From Octopus bimaculoides (taxonomy: Eukaryota), in assembly GCF_001194135.2 (NCBI RefSeq), contig NC_068982.1:86117692-86181691 (forward strand): DNA of 64,000 bases, in the 5' to 3' direction. Below, in pieces: positions 34,667-47,643 of the stretch (positions within the stretch are counted from its first letter, which is position 1; the number at the start of each line of letters is the position of its first letter). Both the position numbers and the translations under genes were made by a program. A model generated the notes under the pieces. The model was not told the DNA's origin. It searched no databases and saw nothing but the letters and a program-made list of their open reading frames with translations.

Positions 34667-35946
34667 AAGACAAAGATTCTTTTGAGAGGGGGGTGTACTG
34701 TCAACGCAGACTTAGGTTTCTCCTCTGCTGGACTCCTTTTTGGTACCGTCCTGGCACTCTCTGGTACAATGTTGGTGTCAGACAATTCATCGCATCCTGA
34801 TCTAACATTGTATGTCACCAGACTTCGCTTGTATTTCTCAAGTCTTCCACCCATGCATCCACGTGACCAGTCTATTCCCTCTCACGTCCCACCAGACATT
34901 GACAAATGGACTCATGTTCTTTTTTGGGATGATTCTATCAAAGGACCTCTTGTTTCTCCTTATAAAGGACCATTTCGTGTGCTATCACGCAAACCCAAAA
35001 CTTTTAGTCTCGACATCAATGGTCGAGCAGAGACCATGTCAGTCGACAGACTTAAAAGGGCACATTTTGAGGGGTCCACACCCTTTGATGACACCCCTTT
35101 TGATCCTTTACAACCACCTACACACCCACCTCAACATGCACCTTTGACCACATCAATACCTGCACATGCACCATTGATCACACCATCACCTTCGTGACCA
35201 CTACCTAACACGAACAAACCCTATGTCACTAGGACAGGCTGCACTGTGCATTGGCCCAAAAAACTCACCAGAACTATTTACATCTAACTTTTTTTGTTTT
35301 CCTGTGACAGACAATTGTTTTCTCGTGTGCTGAACAATTCCAATGCCTTGCCATTGAACATTGTCAAAAATTTTGTGCATGCTGCTTTTATATTACTTGT
35401 AATTATTTTTCTCAACTTATCACATTTTGTTTTATATTTTGTACCATATTTTGTTGTTTGTGATCAGTGGCCACTTTTGTTTTCTTGTGCCTGCTCCAGT
35501 CATTCTAATTTCGCACTAGTGTTCTCATGGGGAGCTCTTGTAGTGTGGCACAAGTAGCCAGCCCCATTGTGTACGAGATCTTGCTGGCAGCCATTATCTT
35601 GTCCGAAACAAGAGCGAGATCTCGCATACAACTATTGCCATGCGCGACACCACAACGAGGCTCTCGTCAACAATGGCTATTTAAGCAGGTACGAAAGATG
35701 TTCAACCTCTTAGTCTTCTCCAACTCGCTTACACTGAGGGACACTACGAAACAGGCAGCTACAGCAGACTCTAACCCACTTTAATGACATATGCTATTCT
35801 CCAGAGGTAATGTACCTCACGTGAGTGAAGATACCACAATCCATGCACTGCCATGAGGATGGACACCTAGAACGGGACACAATAAATGATTATTAAATTG
35901 CATCTGCTCGTGAGCTTCTTCTTTCACCATCCAGATCCCCAAGACA
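34667..35946 (+). mobile_element. Gypsy LTR retrotransposon 3' end (integrase C-terminus, PPT, 3' LTR)
   Basis: DLGFSSAGLLFG and THVLFWDDSIKGPLVSPYKGPFRVLSRKPKTFSLDINGRAETMSVDRLKRAH. GGGGAG tract, then TGTAG at 35539 and AATAAA near 35880. LTR end is uncertain. Confidence 0.82.
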
Positions 35947-36369
35947 AAAAATAATTATAATGGCAGAAGGTGATACTCTACCGGTATCATGAACCTTTCC
36001 TTTCCCTTATAGACTTACTAGCAGAATGTTACAGTTCAAAATGTCTCACTGAGCGAAAGACATGCATTTTGGATTCTTTGGCTGAGTTAGTTAAGTTTTT
36101 GCATCTTTACTGGCATATCTTGATTAGATATGCTATTTCTTTAAGGTTAACCAGAAGTATAGTAATTACACACACACACACGGTTAGTACTCTAGATACA
36201 GTCATAAAAATGCAGTGCTAAATGAACTTCTTCCATCAAAATCATAACTATTGTTAACATGTGAATTTAAATTAGTACAATGTACAGTGCTTCTGCTAAT
36301 TGCTTTAGGTGCCTATGTAATCATGAGGAGATAGGCACCCTCTTAGACCTCCCGCCCTTTGACTTAATG

Positions 36370-36585
36370 GAACATTGAAGATGTGACAGTTGAAGGGAAA
36401 GGGGACTGCATCAGCACTTGGTTGGTACTCCTTTTCAAGTGAGTTAGACTGGAATACTGTGAATGGAACACTTTGTTCAAGGACATAATTAAATTCACAG
36501 ATTGTGAGTTTGATTTCTGGACTGGAATCAAATTTACAACCTTAAAATTATGAACCCAACACTTTAACAACTAGGCCAAGCACCT
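36370..36585 (-). mobile_element. Degenerate tRNA-derived SINE
   Basis: Minus strand begins GGTGCTTGGCCTAGTTGTTAAAGTGTTGGG...TTGATTCCAG, a tRNA-like head. Confidence 0.5.
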
Positions 36586-36708
36586 TCAGTAGCAGAGTCA
36601 TTTAGGCTATTTTAAACAGCGACCGAAAGAGGACTGAAAATGTCATGGGGAGGGAAGTATTCAAAGTTTCTGACAGAGTCCTTCTTCATATTAAAGATGA
36701 CAGAAGGA

Positions 36709-36748
<40 letters not shown>

Positions 36749-37019
36749 ATAAAACGACTGTAAAATTTTACACTTTTAATTTTTAAGAAATTGACTGCAA
36801 CATTTTAACATTCATACAAGTGCAAATGAAGGTGATAAACTTTGACAAACAAGTGATCGTACCAAAGAATTGTTTTCACAACCTCAAATGCTAAATATCT
36901 TTAGATAATATTACTCATCACTTCACACATAGTGATAAAAAATTAGGAAGAAATTAGGAAACGAGTTTAATTAAAATTATTTAACAGATCAAACTAATTT
37001 TAATCACAAGTTCATAGCC

Positions 37020-37260
37020 TATCATCATCACACTCGTCATCATTATTTAATATTCATCTTCCATGCTGGTATGGATTGGATGGTTTAACAGGATAAAAAA
37101 AATAATAAATAAATGCAAGAACTGTATCAAACACCAAGATCTGTTTTGGAATGGTTTCTCTGTTTGGATGCCCTTCCTAATACCAAACCTCTTTACAGAA
37201 TGTACTGGATATTTTTTCATGACACTAGCACTAGTTACCAAGTAACAACCAAAACACAAA
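37020..37260 (-). mobile_element. RTE-tail-related short element
   Basis: CATCATC..TTTAA..TCTTCCATGCTGG pattern shared with 15546 and 63690. Confidence 0.7.
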
Positions 37261-37299
37261 AAAGACCCTTATATCGAAGATGGGTAAATAAGGGAAATG

Positions 37300-38657
37300 T
37301 GAAAATGGATATACAACTTGAGATGAAATGAACTGGTAAATGACGATTTATTCTGTTATAAAATAGAATGATTGCCATACATGAAATAAAATAAATGTAA
37401 CAGGTTACAACAAAGATGTGTGAGAGATTTTGTGGTTTGGCTGGAGTGTTGATCTTGTAGACATAGTTGACATACTGTTTGGTGGCGTATAGAGGCAGCC
37501 GTTATTCTGTTGGTTGCGTGATGTTCATACAGCAATGATGTAGGCAGACATCTGGTAGTGAAGATGAAAGCAGAGACTGGCTGGTGTCAGATACATCATT
37601 GCCGGAGATGAGTTGCATGTAGTTAGTGGTGTGTGCCAAAGGCCTAGAGCAGTTGAGAACTACTGTTCTTATAGAGATCAGTAAGCTCCTAGAGCTGGTG
37701 ATTAATTTCCTGCATAAGGATAAATGAACTGTTGTGCCAACATGATTGGATGGCTGGAAACCAACCAATACAAACAACAAATTCAGCTAATCACAACGTC
37801 ATGTGACATACTGGAATGAAAAGGTATGTGGAGCCGATATCTGGGTATTTAAGCCTAGACAACCCATAACGAAAACATCTTATACATAATGACAGTGTAA
37901 ATCACTTCTGCTACACCCTCAAGTTAGTGGGGATGTAGTAGAGAATGAGGTGGGTTTATGTCAATTGTTGAGAAGCTAAGGTATGATAGAGGAACAAATA
38001 CAAATGTCTTATAGAAGAGATACATAGATACCCAGCATTATTATGTAAAGGTGGGTGGAAATAGCAGGAAGGAAGATAATTATGGTGGTGACAAGGAGCC
38101 ACAGCATATTCTCAAAGCACAAAAAGGTGAGTATAAGAGAGAATAGGAACAAAATTTAGGAAGGGTGGGTGGATAAGTTCATTGGGTTGTAAGAGGAAAA
38201 TGACTGATAGAAATGGGTGTAGAGGTGAATGTAGTAAATGAAACAAGTATGGAAGTCTGGTCACTGGTAAATATCAATATAGCAGGGAAAGGTACAAGAA
38301 AAGAAGAAACTTGTGAAGGAGGAGGTCATAAGTGGCAGTACAGGAAAGGAGGAGAGCAGCAGTATAACAAATTTGTAGGTAAATTGGAAAATATGTTGAT
38401 GATGTGTGGGATAGGAGAAAGGGAGAAGAGCCATGTATATGACAGAGATGAATGTCAGAAGTATGTAGGAGTGGCTATAGTGAGTGGAGGGTAAAAATGG
38501 AGGGAGTCAACAGCAGATATGCTAGGGTGATGAGAATGGTAGCAGATGAGGTTGTTAAAGATAAGGTAATGTATCTCAGGGAGGCAAAATATGAGTAATT
38601 GTTGAAAAAAAAATTTGAAGGGATGATATTGTGGGAAAGCTTTTAAAAGAAGTTCAG

Positions 38658-38690
<33 letters not shown>
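37300..38690 (-). mobile_element. Highly decayed Penelope-like remnant
   Basis: Strand composition matches 22358-24135, with faint motif remnants. No clean ORF. Confidence 0.35.
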
Positions 38691-38974
38691 NNNNNNNNNN
38701 NNNNNNNNNNNNNNNNNNNNNNNNNNNNNNNNNNNNNNNNNNNNNNNNNNNNNNNNNNNNNNNNNNNNNNNNNNNTGGAGGGGGGGGGAATATGTACATA
38801 TTCTACTCTCATGTGATTATAGCACTGAATAGTGCCATAATCAGAAGAGCAATAGGAAGATGAATGGTGGAGAAGGCTTGATGGGGACAGATTATATTAC
38901 AAGGGCAGGGCCTAGTGAGGGTACAGACATAAACATCAAGATGGATGGATCTTCTCAAGTATAGTAAAGTGACA

Positions 38975-41720
38975 ATCATCTTAGTCCTTTGTAATCTACT
39001 ATTCGAGGCTCAGCATCTTGAGGTCAACCTTCACTACATCATTCCATGTCTTTTTGGGTTTCCCTCTTCCACAAGTTCCATCTACATTTAGTGATTGGCA
39101 CATCTTTTTAGAGCTGCCATTATCCATCCACATCACATGACCATACTAGTACAGTCTTCTCTTTTCAATGCTATAGCTGATTCATCTTATACCTAATTTT
39201 TCTCTCAATACTTTAGCATTTTGTTGTACATGTACACTGATATTATACATCTAATGAAGCATACTAGCTTCATATGACCTTAGTATTCATAGCCACATCT
39301 CACTAACACATAGCAATGCTGTTCATACACAAGCATCATACAACCTGCCTTTCACTCTGAGAAAAAAAAATCCTTTGTAGCTGATAGAAGTAATAACTCT
39401 CTGAACTTTCTCCATCCTGTTCTAATTCTAGCAACAATACTTTCAGAACATCCTCTGCCACTGCTAATTACTCTTTTACTCTTAACCCTTTTACTTGTTT
39501 CAGTCATTTGACTGTGGCCATGCTGGAGCACCGCCTTTAGTCAAGCAAATCGACCCCAGGACTTATTCTTTGTAAGCCTAGTACTTAGTCTATCGGTCTC
39601 TTTTTGCCGAACCGCTAAGTTACGGGGACGTAAACACACCAGCATCGGTTGTCAAGCGATGTGGAGGGGGGACAAACACAGACACACAAACATACACACA
39701 TATATATACATATATACGATGGGCTTCTTTCAGTTTCCGTCTACCAAGTCCACTCACAAGGCTTTGGTCAGCCTGAGACTATAGTAGAAGACATTTGCCC
39801 AAGATGCCACGTAGTGGGATTGAACCTGGAACCATGTGGTTGGTAAGCAAGCTACTTACCACACAGCTACTTCTTAGGTCACAAAAACTATCTATAACCT
39901 CTAGGAAGTCTCCTGGACATTTGAGAAAATCTGTTTCTCATTTGTACTTTGTGTTTAATGCTCCAGCACATCTTCCACATACAAACACTACTTTCTCTGT
40001 TAACCTTCCTGTGATCCTACTGCACCTCTTGTGTGGCCATAGCTTGCACTGAGTACAGCATGTGGAAATTATTTTCTAATTCTACTAAAGATTCAGTTAT
40101 AAAAACGTCTTCAGTATATAGTAGTTCTCAAGGGCAACCATCTTAAATTCTTCTGTTATAGCCTGAAGGACTATGAAGCACAGGGGGGGGGGGGACTAAG
40201 ATCCAAGCCTTGCTGAACTCTTTCCTTTACACTAAATTCTTTGCTGTACTCATTGCTAGCTCTCATCTTACTGATAGTACCCTTATATAATGCTTGTACA
40301 ACTGTCTTTCTTAAGGACCACCAAGATTACAGAGTGAAGCTTTCTCCAGGTCTCAATGTAGCTTATTTATAGCTAAATACTTCTCCAGCAGTTGGCTTAC
40401 TAGAAAGATGACATCAGTAATACTTCTCCCCGGAACAAAATCAAACTGCATCTCATCTAACTCCTGTAATTTTCAAGATCGGGTTCAGCAATTAGATCTC
40501 TCTGTAATTACTACTGCATAAGGCACATCCTTTACCCTTGTAACAGTTGACCATGATGCTGTACACCAGTCATTGGGTGCAACTCCTCATATAACCTGGT
40601 TAACTATACAGGTGACTAAGCCATATCATACTCCACCAGATATTTTAAGCATTTCAGCAGTGATTCCTGATGAACCAGAAACTTTCTATGCCTACATATC
40701 CTTAATTGCTTTATCAATTATACTATTGTTAACTACAATAACTGGTCCCTTGTTATGTCCACACAAGAAAGGTTCTCTTTTTTCCCCCATGCAATTTCTA
40801 CATTTAATAGCTTTTCATCTAATAGCTTTTCCATGAGTTTATCTTTTCAGTAACACTAAAGTGTAAGTATACTATTATCCATCTACACATATTCATCACT
40901 CACGTCTCGATTCTCTCTGAGATACTCTTTTGTTTTCTGGAATACTTCATTCCTCTGACCCCCATTGCTGTAAAACATTGGCAAACCTCTTCCTTTCTGC
41001 TTCTCTCCTTTTTAAATATACTTGTTGCCCGGCTTCTCTTTTAGCTACCTTGGTATAGTTCTCTGCTGCACCTATTCTAACAATCCTTCAAAGCCTGCTT
41101 CTTTGCTTTTATGGGTCTTTCTACTTTACTGTTCCACCACCACATCACCCTCAATTTGCTCTTGTCACAGATTTTGTCCATCACTCTCAATAGGCTGTTT
41201 GCAAAGGACTCCCAGTTCTCCCCCTCCTTCTCTTCAAATACTTCAACTAGTACTTCTCTAAATTTATGACAGTTCACTGCATCATTAAGCTTCCTATCTT
41301 CCTTTACCATATTGGTTTGCATCTCAGTCCTCTTAGCTCTAAATCTGAAGTCCTTAGCCTTAGCTTATGTTAGGTTGTAGGACTTTGATGGACCTTGCAT
41401 TTACAAACATCTGTTTATCCTGTTTCCTGATGAAAATGTAGTCAATCTGGCTTGTGTACTCACCAGATTAATAGGTGATCAAGTGGCTGGTAGTTTCTTG
41501 AAGTTTGTGCTGCAAATTGTCAGGTTATTTGCGTCACAGAACTCAAAGAATGTTGTTCCCTCATTTCTAGGACCTATGTCATAGCCTCCAAAGTATACTT
41601 TGGAATTCATGCCCACTGAAGTCACCACTCACAAAAATAAGTTCACTGTCATTCATCACAGAGGTAATCTGCAAAAGGGATTTGTAAAAATCAGTACTTT
41701 TGTTTAGCAGAGATAAATGT
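38975..41720 (-). mobile_element. RTE LINE, decayed, interrupted by a SINE
   Basis: Minus-strand motifs NLTICSTNFKK, QIDYIFIR, WWWNSKVERPIK, SGSSGITAEMLK, MQFDFVPG and GRGKPKKTWNDVVK. Confidence 0.85.
39488..39868 (-). mobile_element. tRNA-derived SINE, full length
   Basis: Reverse complement of the 3513-3919 family. Confidence 0.9.
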
Positions 41721-42207
41721 TGCAGTCATGCTTTCCCAGACTAGTTTAAGCTTAATTATCCTATCACACACTCTGACTACCTTGATCATCTAATCTACCC
41801 AACTGTCTGGAAAAGTATGCCTACACTTCCCACACCATCACTGTTGCCTACCCAAAAGAGTTTATGCTTTTGATCTTGGCCCACGAGAGGTCTGAGGTTC
41901 CTCTTCATCTCACCTTTTGTGTACATTGCGTGTTTACATGCCCCCAATCTAGCATCTTAACGATCTCACTATACCTACTTTCTATTGTGCTAACATTGAT
42001 TGTTGCTGTTCTAAGACTGCGTACTAGATGAGAAATGCAAGCGGTAGCATCTGAAAAGAAGATTTGTGTGAACGTTTCCTTCAAAGTAGAGGGCTCTTGT
42101 ACATACCAATAATTATATGAGTATTGCTACTCAATGAATTACCCTATCTCATAAATCCTAAATATCCTTTATTGAGGTGGATGAAGTGTTGTAATCCAAC
42201 GTCAGAC

Positions 42208-43945
42208 TGTTATAACGTCCGCTCAGGTATAGCAGTATAGTTAGTGAGATAAATAAAGAACATGACTATGTATCACCAACTATTTGACTAACACTCTTGA
42301 CTTCCTATGGTACAGTATTTATAATGACCACTCATCACATGGGAGGAGTGTTCCATTATTATTATTATTCCCCATAACATCTCCCCTTTTAAGCTTTTCT
42401 CATTTTTTCCCTAGAGTGTTATTTTATTTCTTTTATTTGTAATAATTTTTACATCACCCCACCTACCATTTTTTGAGTTTTTTTTTATACAGTTACACAT
42501 TTAATATTTTGTAGTGGCATTGGTACTTGAAAAGTATCATAACCATTCCATTGGTTCTTCTATCCACTTGGGTTTGCTCTCAACAAGTATAGCATTTTTC
42601 CTGTGTTTGGTAATGATCTTGAAATATCTAGCTGTATTATTCATTGCAATTTTTCTTTTCTTGCCAATTTGTCAAAGATTGATTTTATTTTCCTTGCAAA
42701 CATCAGCTCTGTTGGTGACATACCTGCTGGTGTATTTGGATTTGATATCACAAGGTATACACTTAAGAGTTGTTGTAGAGCTACCTCATTCCTTATTCGA
42801 CTTTCTTAGGGCTCTCTTGAATGTATTGACAAAGCATTCTGCTTGACCGTTACATTTGGGATGGTATGGTGCTGTAGTTACAAGTTCTACAGCAAATGTT
42901 TTACAAAACTTTTAAAACTCAAAAGACACAAATTATGTTCCATTGTCAGACACTATCGTGTCTGGGATGCCAAATCTTGCAAACAGCTCATGTAGAAGAT
43001 TTGTTGCAGTTGAGGAAGTTGACTTTTCACACTTGCAATTTCTGGCCATTTAGAGAAACTATCTACTACCACTAAATAGTATGAGCCGTTTAAAGGACCA
43101 GCAAAACTGATGTGTTGTCTCGACCATGGAACATCTACTTTTGGCCAAGGTTTACTTTTTATTGTCAGTAATTTTGCTGCTAGAGCACATCTTCTACAGC
43201 CTTTCATTAAATTTGCGATTTCACTATCCATTTTTGGCCAGTACACACAGCTATGCATTAAAGCTTTCATCCTCAAAATACCAGGATGTCCAACATGAAA
43301 TTCCCTCAACATTTTCTTTTGCAATATTTCAGGTATTACTACTCTCTGTGCATACATCAATAAGCTACCACAAATTGAGTATAGGTTCATGTCTTAGTTT
43401 CATCTTGCACCAGTACTGTTCCTATTTACTTTTCCTGTCCACAGTATTCTTTTCATTTCTGTTATGAATTTGTCCTTTCTGCATTTCACTTTGTCTTCTA
43501 GGGTTACTGGTGATTCGTGTATCACATTCCACATTACATTTTTTATTTCTCCTTCTGATCTTAATGCTGTGACTACCGTATCTTTGAATGGCTTGCAGTA
43601 TTTTGATATCAGTCTGGATAAACCATCTATATGCCCTAGTTTTTTTGACGGTAAATATTTCATTTTGTAATCATAATGCAGTAATGTAGTGCCCCATTGC
43701 TTGTAGTCTATTTGTTGTGTGTTGGTATTCCTTTTTTAGGACCATATATTGACAGTAGTGGGTGATGATCTGTTTGTAGACAGAAACTTCCTCCATGAAT
43801 AAATCTATGTAATTTTTTCACACCAAATATGATTGCTTATGCTTCTTTTCTATCTGTCTATAGTTGCTTTCAGCTTGTAATAATGATTGTGATGCATAGG
43901 CTATAGCCTTTTTACTGCCATCATCATATTTGTGCAGAAGGAGGT
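42208..43945 (-). mobile_element. Gypsy LTR retrotransposon fragment (RNase H, integrase, PPT, probable 3' LTR at 42208-42379)
   Basis: KKAIAYASQSLLQAESNYRQIEK, HVGHPG..YWPKM..CRRC, LVVVDSFSKWPE, VSDNGTQF and TAPYHP. PPT AAAAGGGGAGA, then TGTTAT...ATAACA. Confidence 0.88.
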
Positions 43946-43955
43946 AGTGGAGAGA

Positions 43956-46000
43956 AAGAAGACAAAGAAGAAGGAGAATGAGAAGGGAGAATAAGAAAGG
44001 AATGTAGGTGGTATGATAGTAGTAGGATGTTAAATGGTCAAGTGACCTAAAACTGGCTTGTTATGGATTATAGCAGAGATTGGGACTGTTTTTTAATGAA
44101 TTCTTGGGAATCTCTTGAGTGTATCATTTTTAATATTTGTGTGTATTCCCAAGATACACAAAAGTGGGAAAATAAGTAACGCATGCAAGATAGCCACAGA
44201 CATAATAATCAAAGTCCCTACTCCTAATGACCTCAAATTGAGACCCATAATAGCAGGTCCCGCATGCGAAAACCACCACCTCAGTAACTTTTTAGATACC
44301 CTCTTAAAACCATTCCTCAAGCATGTCAAAAGCTACATAAGGGACAACCTGGATATGCTCAATCACCTTCCTGAAACAATAAACAAAAACACCCTACTAA
44401 TATCCTTCGATGTAGTCAACCTGTATTCCAATATCCCCCATAACCTAGGAATAGAGGCAATTCAATTCTGGCTAGAGAATTAAGCCAATGACCTTCCACA
44501 TCACATCAAAAAAGAATTCGTGATAGATGAACTAAAATTCATCTTGGAGAATAACTACTTCGTCTTCAAAGACAACTTCTATCAACAAAAATTGGGGACT
44601 GCGATGGGTACGGGAATGGCCCCCCCACCTTTGCTAACCTAGTCATGGGATATCTAGAAATTAGTCTAGAAAAATATGGCAGCCCATTCTCCCTCTATAT
44701 AGAAAATAACTGGAAGAGATACCTGGATGACTATTTCATTCTCTGGCATGAAAATATAGAGAGACTTAAAGAATTCCAAGGACTTATAAACGAACTTGAC
44801 GTAAACATTCAATTCCTGATGGAATATAGCCATCAACAACTTCCCTTCCTCGACATCCTCATTCAGAAATCTAACAACGTAATAGAAACAGATATATACT
44901 ATAAGCCCACGGACTCCAAGCAATATCTACTGTTCAACTCATGCCACCCCAGACACACCAGAATGAATATCCCCTTCAACCTAGCAAAAAGGACATGTAC
45001 TATAGTTTCTAATGCAAACACCAGAGACACACAACTACATGAACTAAAGGATACACTCATGACCAGGAACTACCCACCTTCACTAATTGACATATACTTT
45101 CAACGTACCCTTCAACTCAACATCTACAAACTCAGACATCCCAAATTAAAGAAGGATTTACAACCAAAAGCCCTACCATACATCTCCACACACAACCCTC
45201 TTAACAATGAAGCCTTTGACACCATCCTTCAAAACGTTCCCCTGCTAAAAAAGGACCACAGAATTAACTTAATCCTCCAAACATACACCATCATAAAAAG
45301 CAAAAGACAAACCAAATCTATGAAAAGTCCCCTGACACAAGCCTGAATATGCTCAACAACAACACAGAAGCCGTCAGTAAAAATATGCAGAAAACCCAAC
45401 TGTGGGATATGCATCAATTTAATTGAGCGATCAAAGTTCTCCTTTAAACAGGGACAACGTTTCACAGTGAAAAAGCAGCTCCACGTGTGCTTTGGAGAAC
45501 CTGATATATGCACTAACCTGCTCTGGGTGTCAAGAACAATACATGGGCCAAACAAAAAACAGTCTACATAAAAGAATGGCTCTGCACAGATCCCAGATCA
45601 AAATTCCCCAAAACAGAAAAATAGCATTCAGCCAACACATCGACATTTGCGACAATAACAAAAATCCAAGCTTCAGAATTTTTCCCCTCTACCAATTCAG
45701 GGACGATACAACCTTTAGCCAACAAATTAGTAAAGAGACTCTCTTTATTACAAAATACAGACCCCTTTTGAACGCACCTACAAGCAACATATCCACCACG
45801 GCCTTAGAATAACACAAACACACACACAAATATTAAAATTGATACACTCAAGAGACTCCCAAGAATTCATTAAAAAATAGTCCCAATCACTGCTATAAGA
45901 AGACGAAGAAGAAGAAAGAGAAGGGAGAATAAGAAAGGAATGTAGGTGGTATGATAGTAGTAGGGTGTTAAATGGTCATGTGACCTAAAAGTGGCTTGTT
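43956..46000 (+). mobile_element. Penelope-like element, Neptune type (RT plus GIY-YIG), with direct and inverted terminal duplications
   Basis: PKIHK, LRPII, SFDVVNLYSNIPH, GTAMG, KRYLDD, FLDILI, HPRHTRMNIPF, CxxC linker (NCGICI) and NLIYALTCSGCQEQYMGQT. Several stops and frameshifts. Confidence 0.92.
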
Positions 46001-46837
46001 TGGGCACGCTTATGTTAAAAAACAATTTTAGAATGACTTTTTTTCTGTCAAAATGTTAAAAATAACTGACCAAGATTCAACCAAATCAAAAAATAAACCC
46101 AAATACTAAGCGAGCAAAGATGAACCATCCCACTTCCATTGCGCGCACACAGGCACACACACACACACATTCACATACACCCCTTTTACATACACACACA
46201 TATATTCACCTAGAGTTGAAACGCTGTTTGATTTATTTTTTCAGCGCACACTATCAAGTATGACATCATCCCTTCCTTTTTTATTCATCTATCACTCCTT
46301 CCTTTCTCATTCATAAACACAAAAGTATTATTATAATAGATTATATCGGTAACCATGTGAGCTATGAAAAAAATACACAGCCCAGCATCACCATCTGTGT
46401 AATTTTTCATGCAATTCCACCCAGCCGTTTGACCATGAATCCCAAGACAAGAAAGAATCAACCATCTCAAATTTATATGTATAGATTAATCCAAGTCTAT
46501 ATTTGCAATATTTACATTTGCTCCATATCAATTGTTTCTATCACCACTTATCTTATTCCTAACCATGTATGATACTATGTAACAGGTTGGATTTGAATTT
46601 GCAATCTTTATTTCTAACAATCTCTATGAAAGACGGAAATATATCACTATGAAATGACATTTCAGTTATAGATTACGAGTCACAATAGAAACTCAGGAAA
46701 ATCAAAATAGCAATGTCTATAATGCTTGCTGCAACTCAGTGAGTAAGCCCACCACAGACTTCAGCTCAGTTTGATGGTTATTACTGAGAGATAGGTTTAA
46801 ATAACCCAAATGTGCAATAATAACTACACAAATAGGC

Positions 46838-47127
46838 GCAGGAGTATCTTCTACTATAGCCTCGGGCCAACCAAAGCCTTGTAAGTAGATTTGGTAGACG
46901 GAAACTGAAAAGAAGCCCATTATATATATGTATGTGTGTATATATTTTTTTTCTCCGTGTTTTTCTCCTTGTCTCCGTATTCTTTCTGTTGAAGAGCGTA
47001 GCTCGAAACGTTAAAGACTTTCCGTATTCCCGAGCGTCATACTAATACATCCGTTTGTTATTTACACCACCTGTCCTCGTCTGTTGTTGTTTTTTCGTAT
47101 ATTCTCCCATATATATATATATATATA

Positions 47128-47173
<46 letters not shown>

Positions 47174-47390
47174 TGTTTGTCCTCCCCCCAACATCGCTTG
47201 ACAATTGATGATGGTGTGTTTACATCCCAGTAACTTAGTGGTTCAGCAAAAGAGAATGATAGAATAAGTACTAGGCTTACAAAGAATAAGTCCTGGGGTC
47301 GATTTGCTTGACTAAAGGCAGTGCTCCAGCATGGCTGCAGTCAAATGACTGAAACAAGTAAAAAGAGTAAAAAAAAGAGTAAAGAGTAAA
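46838..47390 (+). mobile_element. tRNA-derived SINE (head missing) with a pLTR fragment inserted in its internal (TA)n
   Basis: SINE sequence on both sides of a foreign 46945-47110 segment. Confidence 0.85.
46981..47017 (+). ncRNA. Minimal type I hammerhead motif with A6U core variant
   Basis: UCUUU-CUGUUGA-A-GAGC GUA GCUC-GAAA-CG-UU-AAAGA. Perfect 5-bp stem I, 4-bp stem II and palindromic ACGU stem III. Confidence 0.65.
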
Positions 47391-47568
47391 TACTGAGAGA
47401 GAAGGGAATTACAACTCTTGTTTAGAAGTAATGGTCTCCACTTTAAACCCAGTGTATATTTAGGACTATGATATATGGATGATCAATGACTTACAACTCA
47501 AACTAGGTAAATAGAAACTGTATAGAAATCTTTAAAATGAATTTTACTTCTTGGGTAATATACGTTAC

Positions 47569-47643
47569 CTACTACCCAGATTAACACACCACTTGATCAA
47601 TGGTTGCCTCTCTGAGACCTGGTTCAAAAAGATCATAGGCAGG
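47569..47643 (-). CDS. 75-nt internal exon of the minus-strand gene
   Basis: Acceptor TTTTTTCCTTTTATGACTTAG| and donor TAG|GTAACG. Frame LPMIFLNQVSERQPLIKWCVNLGS, phase 2-2. Confidence 0.65.

Noticed and set aside
36013-36170. Strong minus-strand donor GTAAGT
   Set aside because: No open frame with an acceptor upstream.
46717-46787. Good acceptor followed by NNHQTELKSVVGLLTELQQAL*
   Set aside because: It ends in a stop with no donor. It cannot be an internal exon, and there is no other support.
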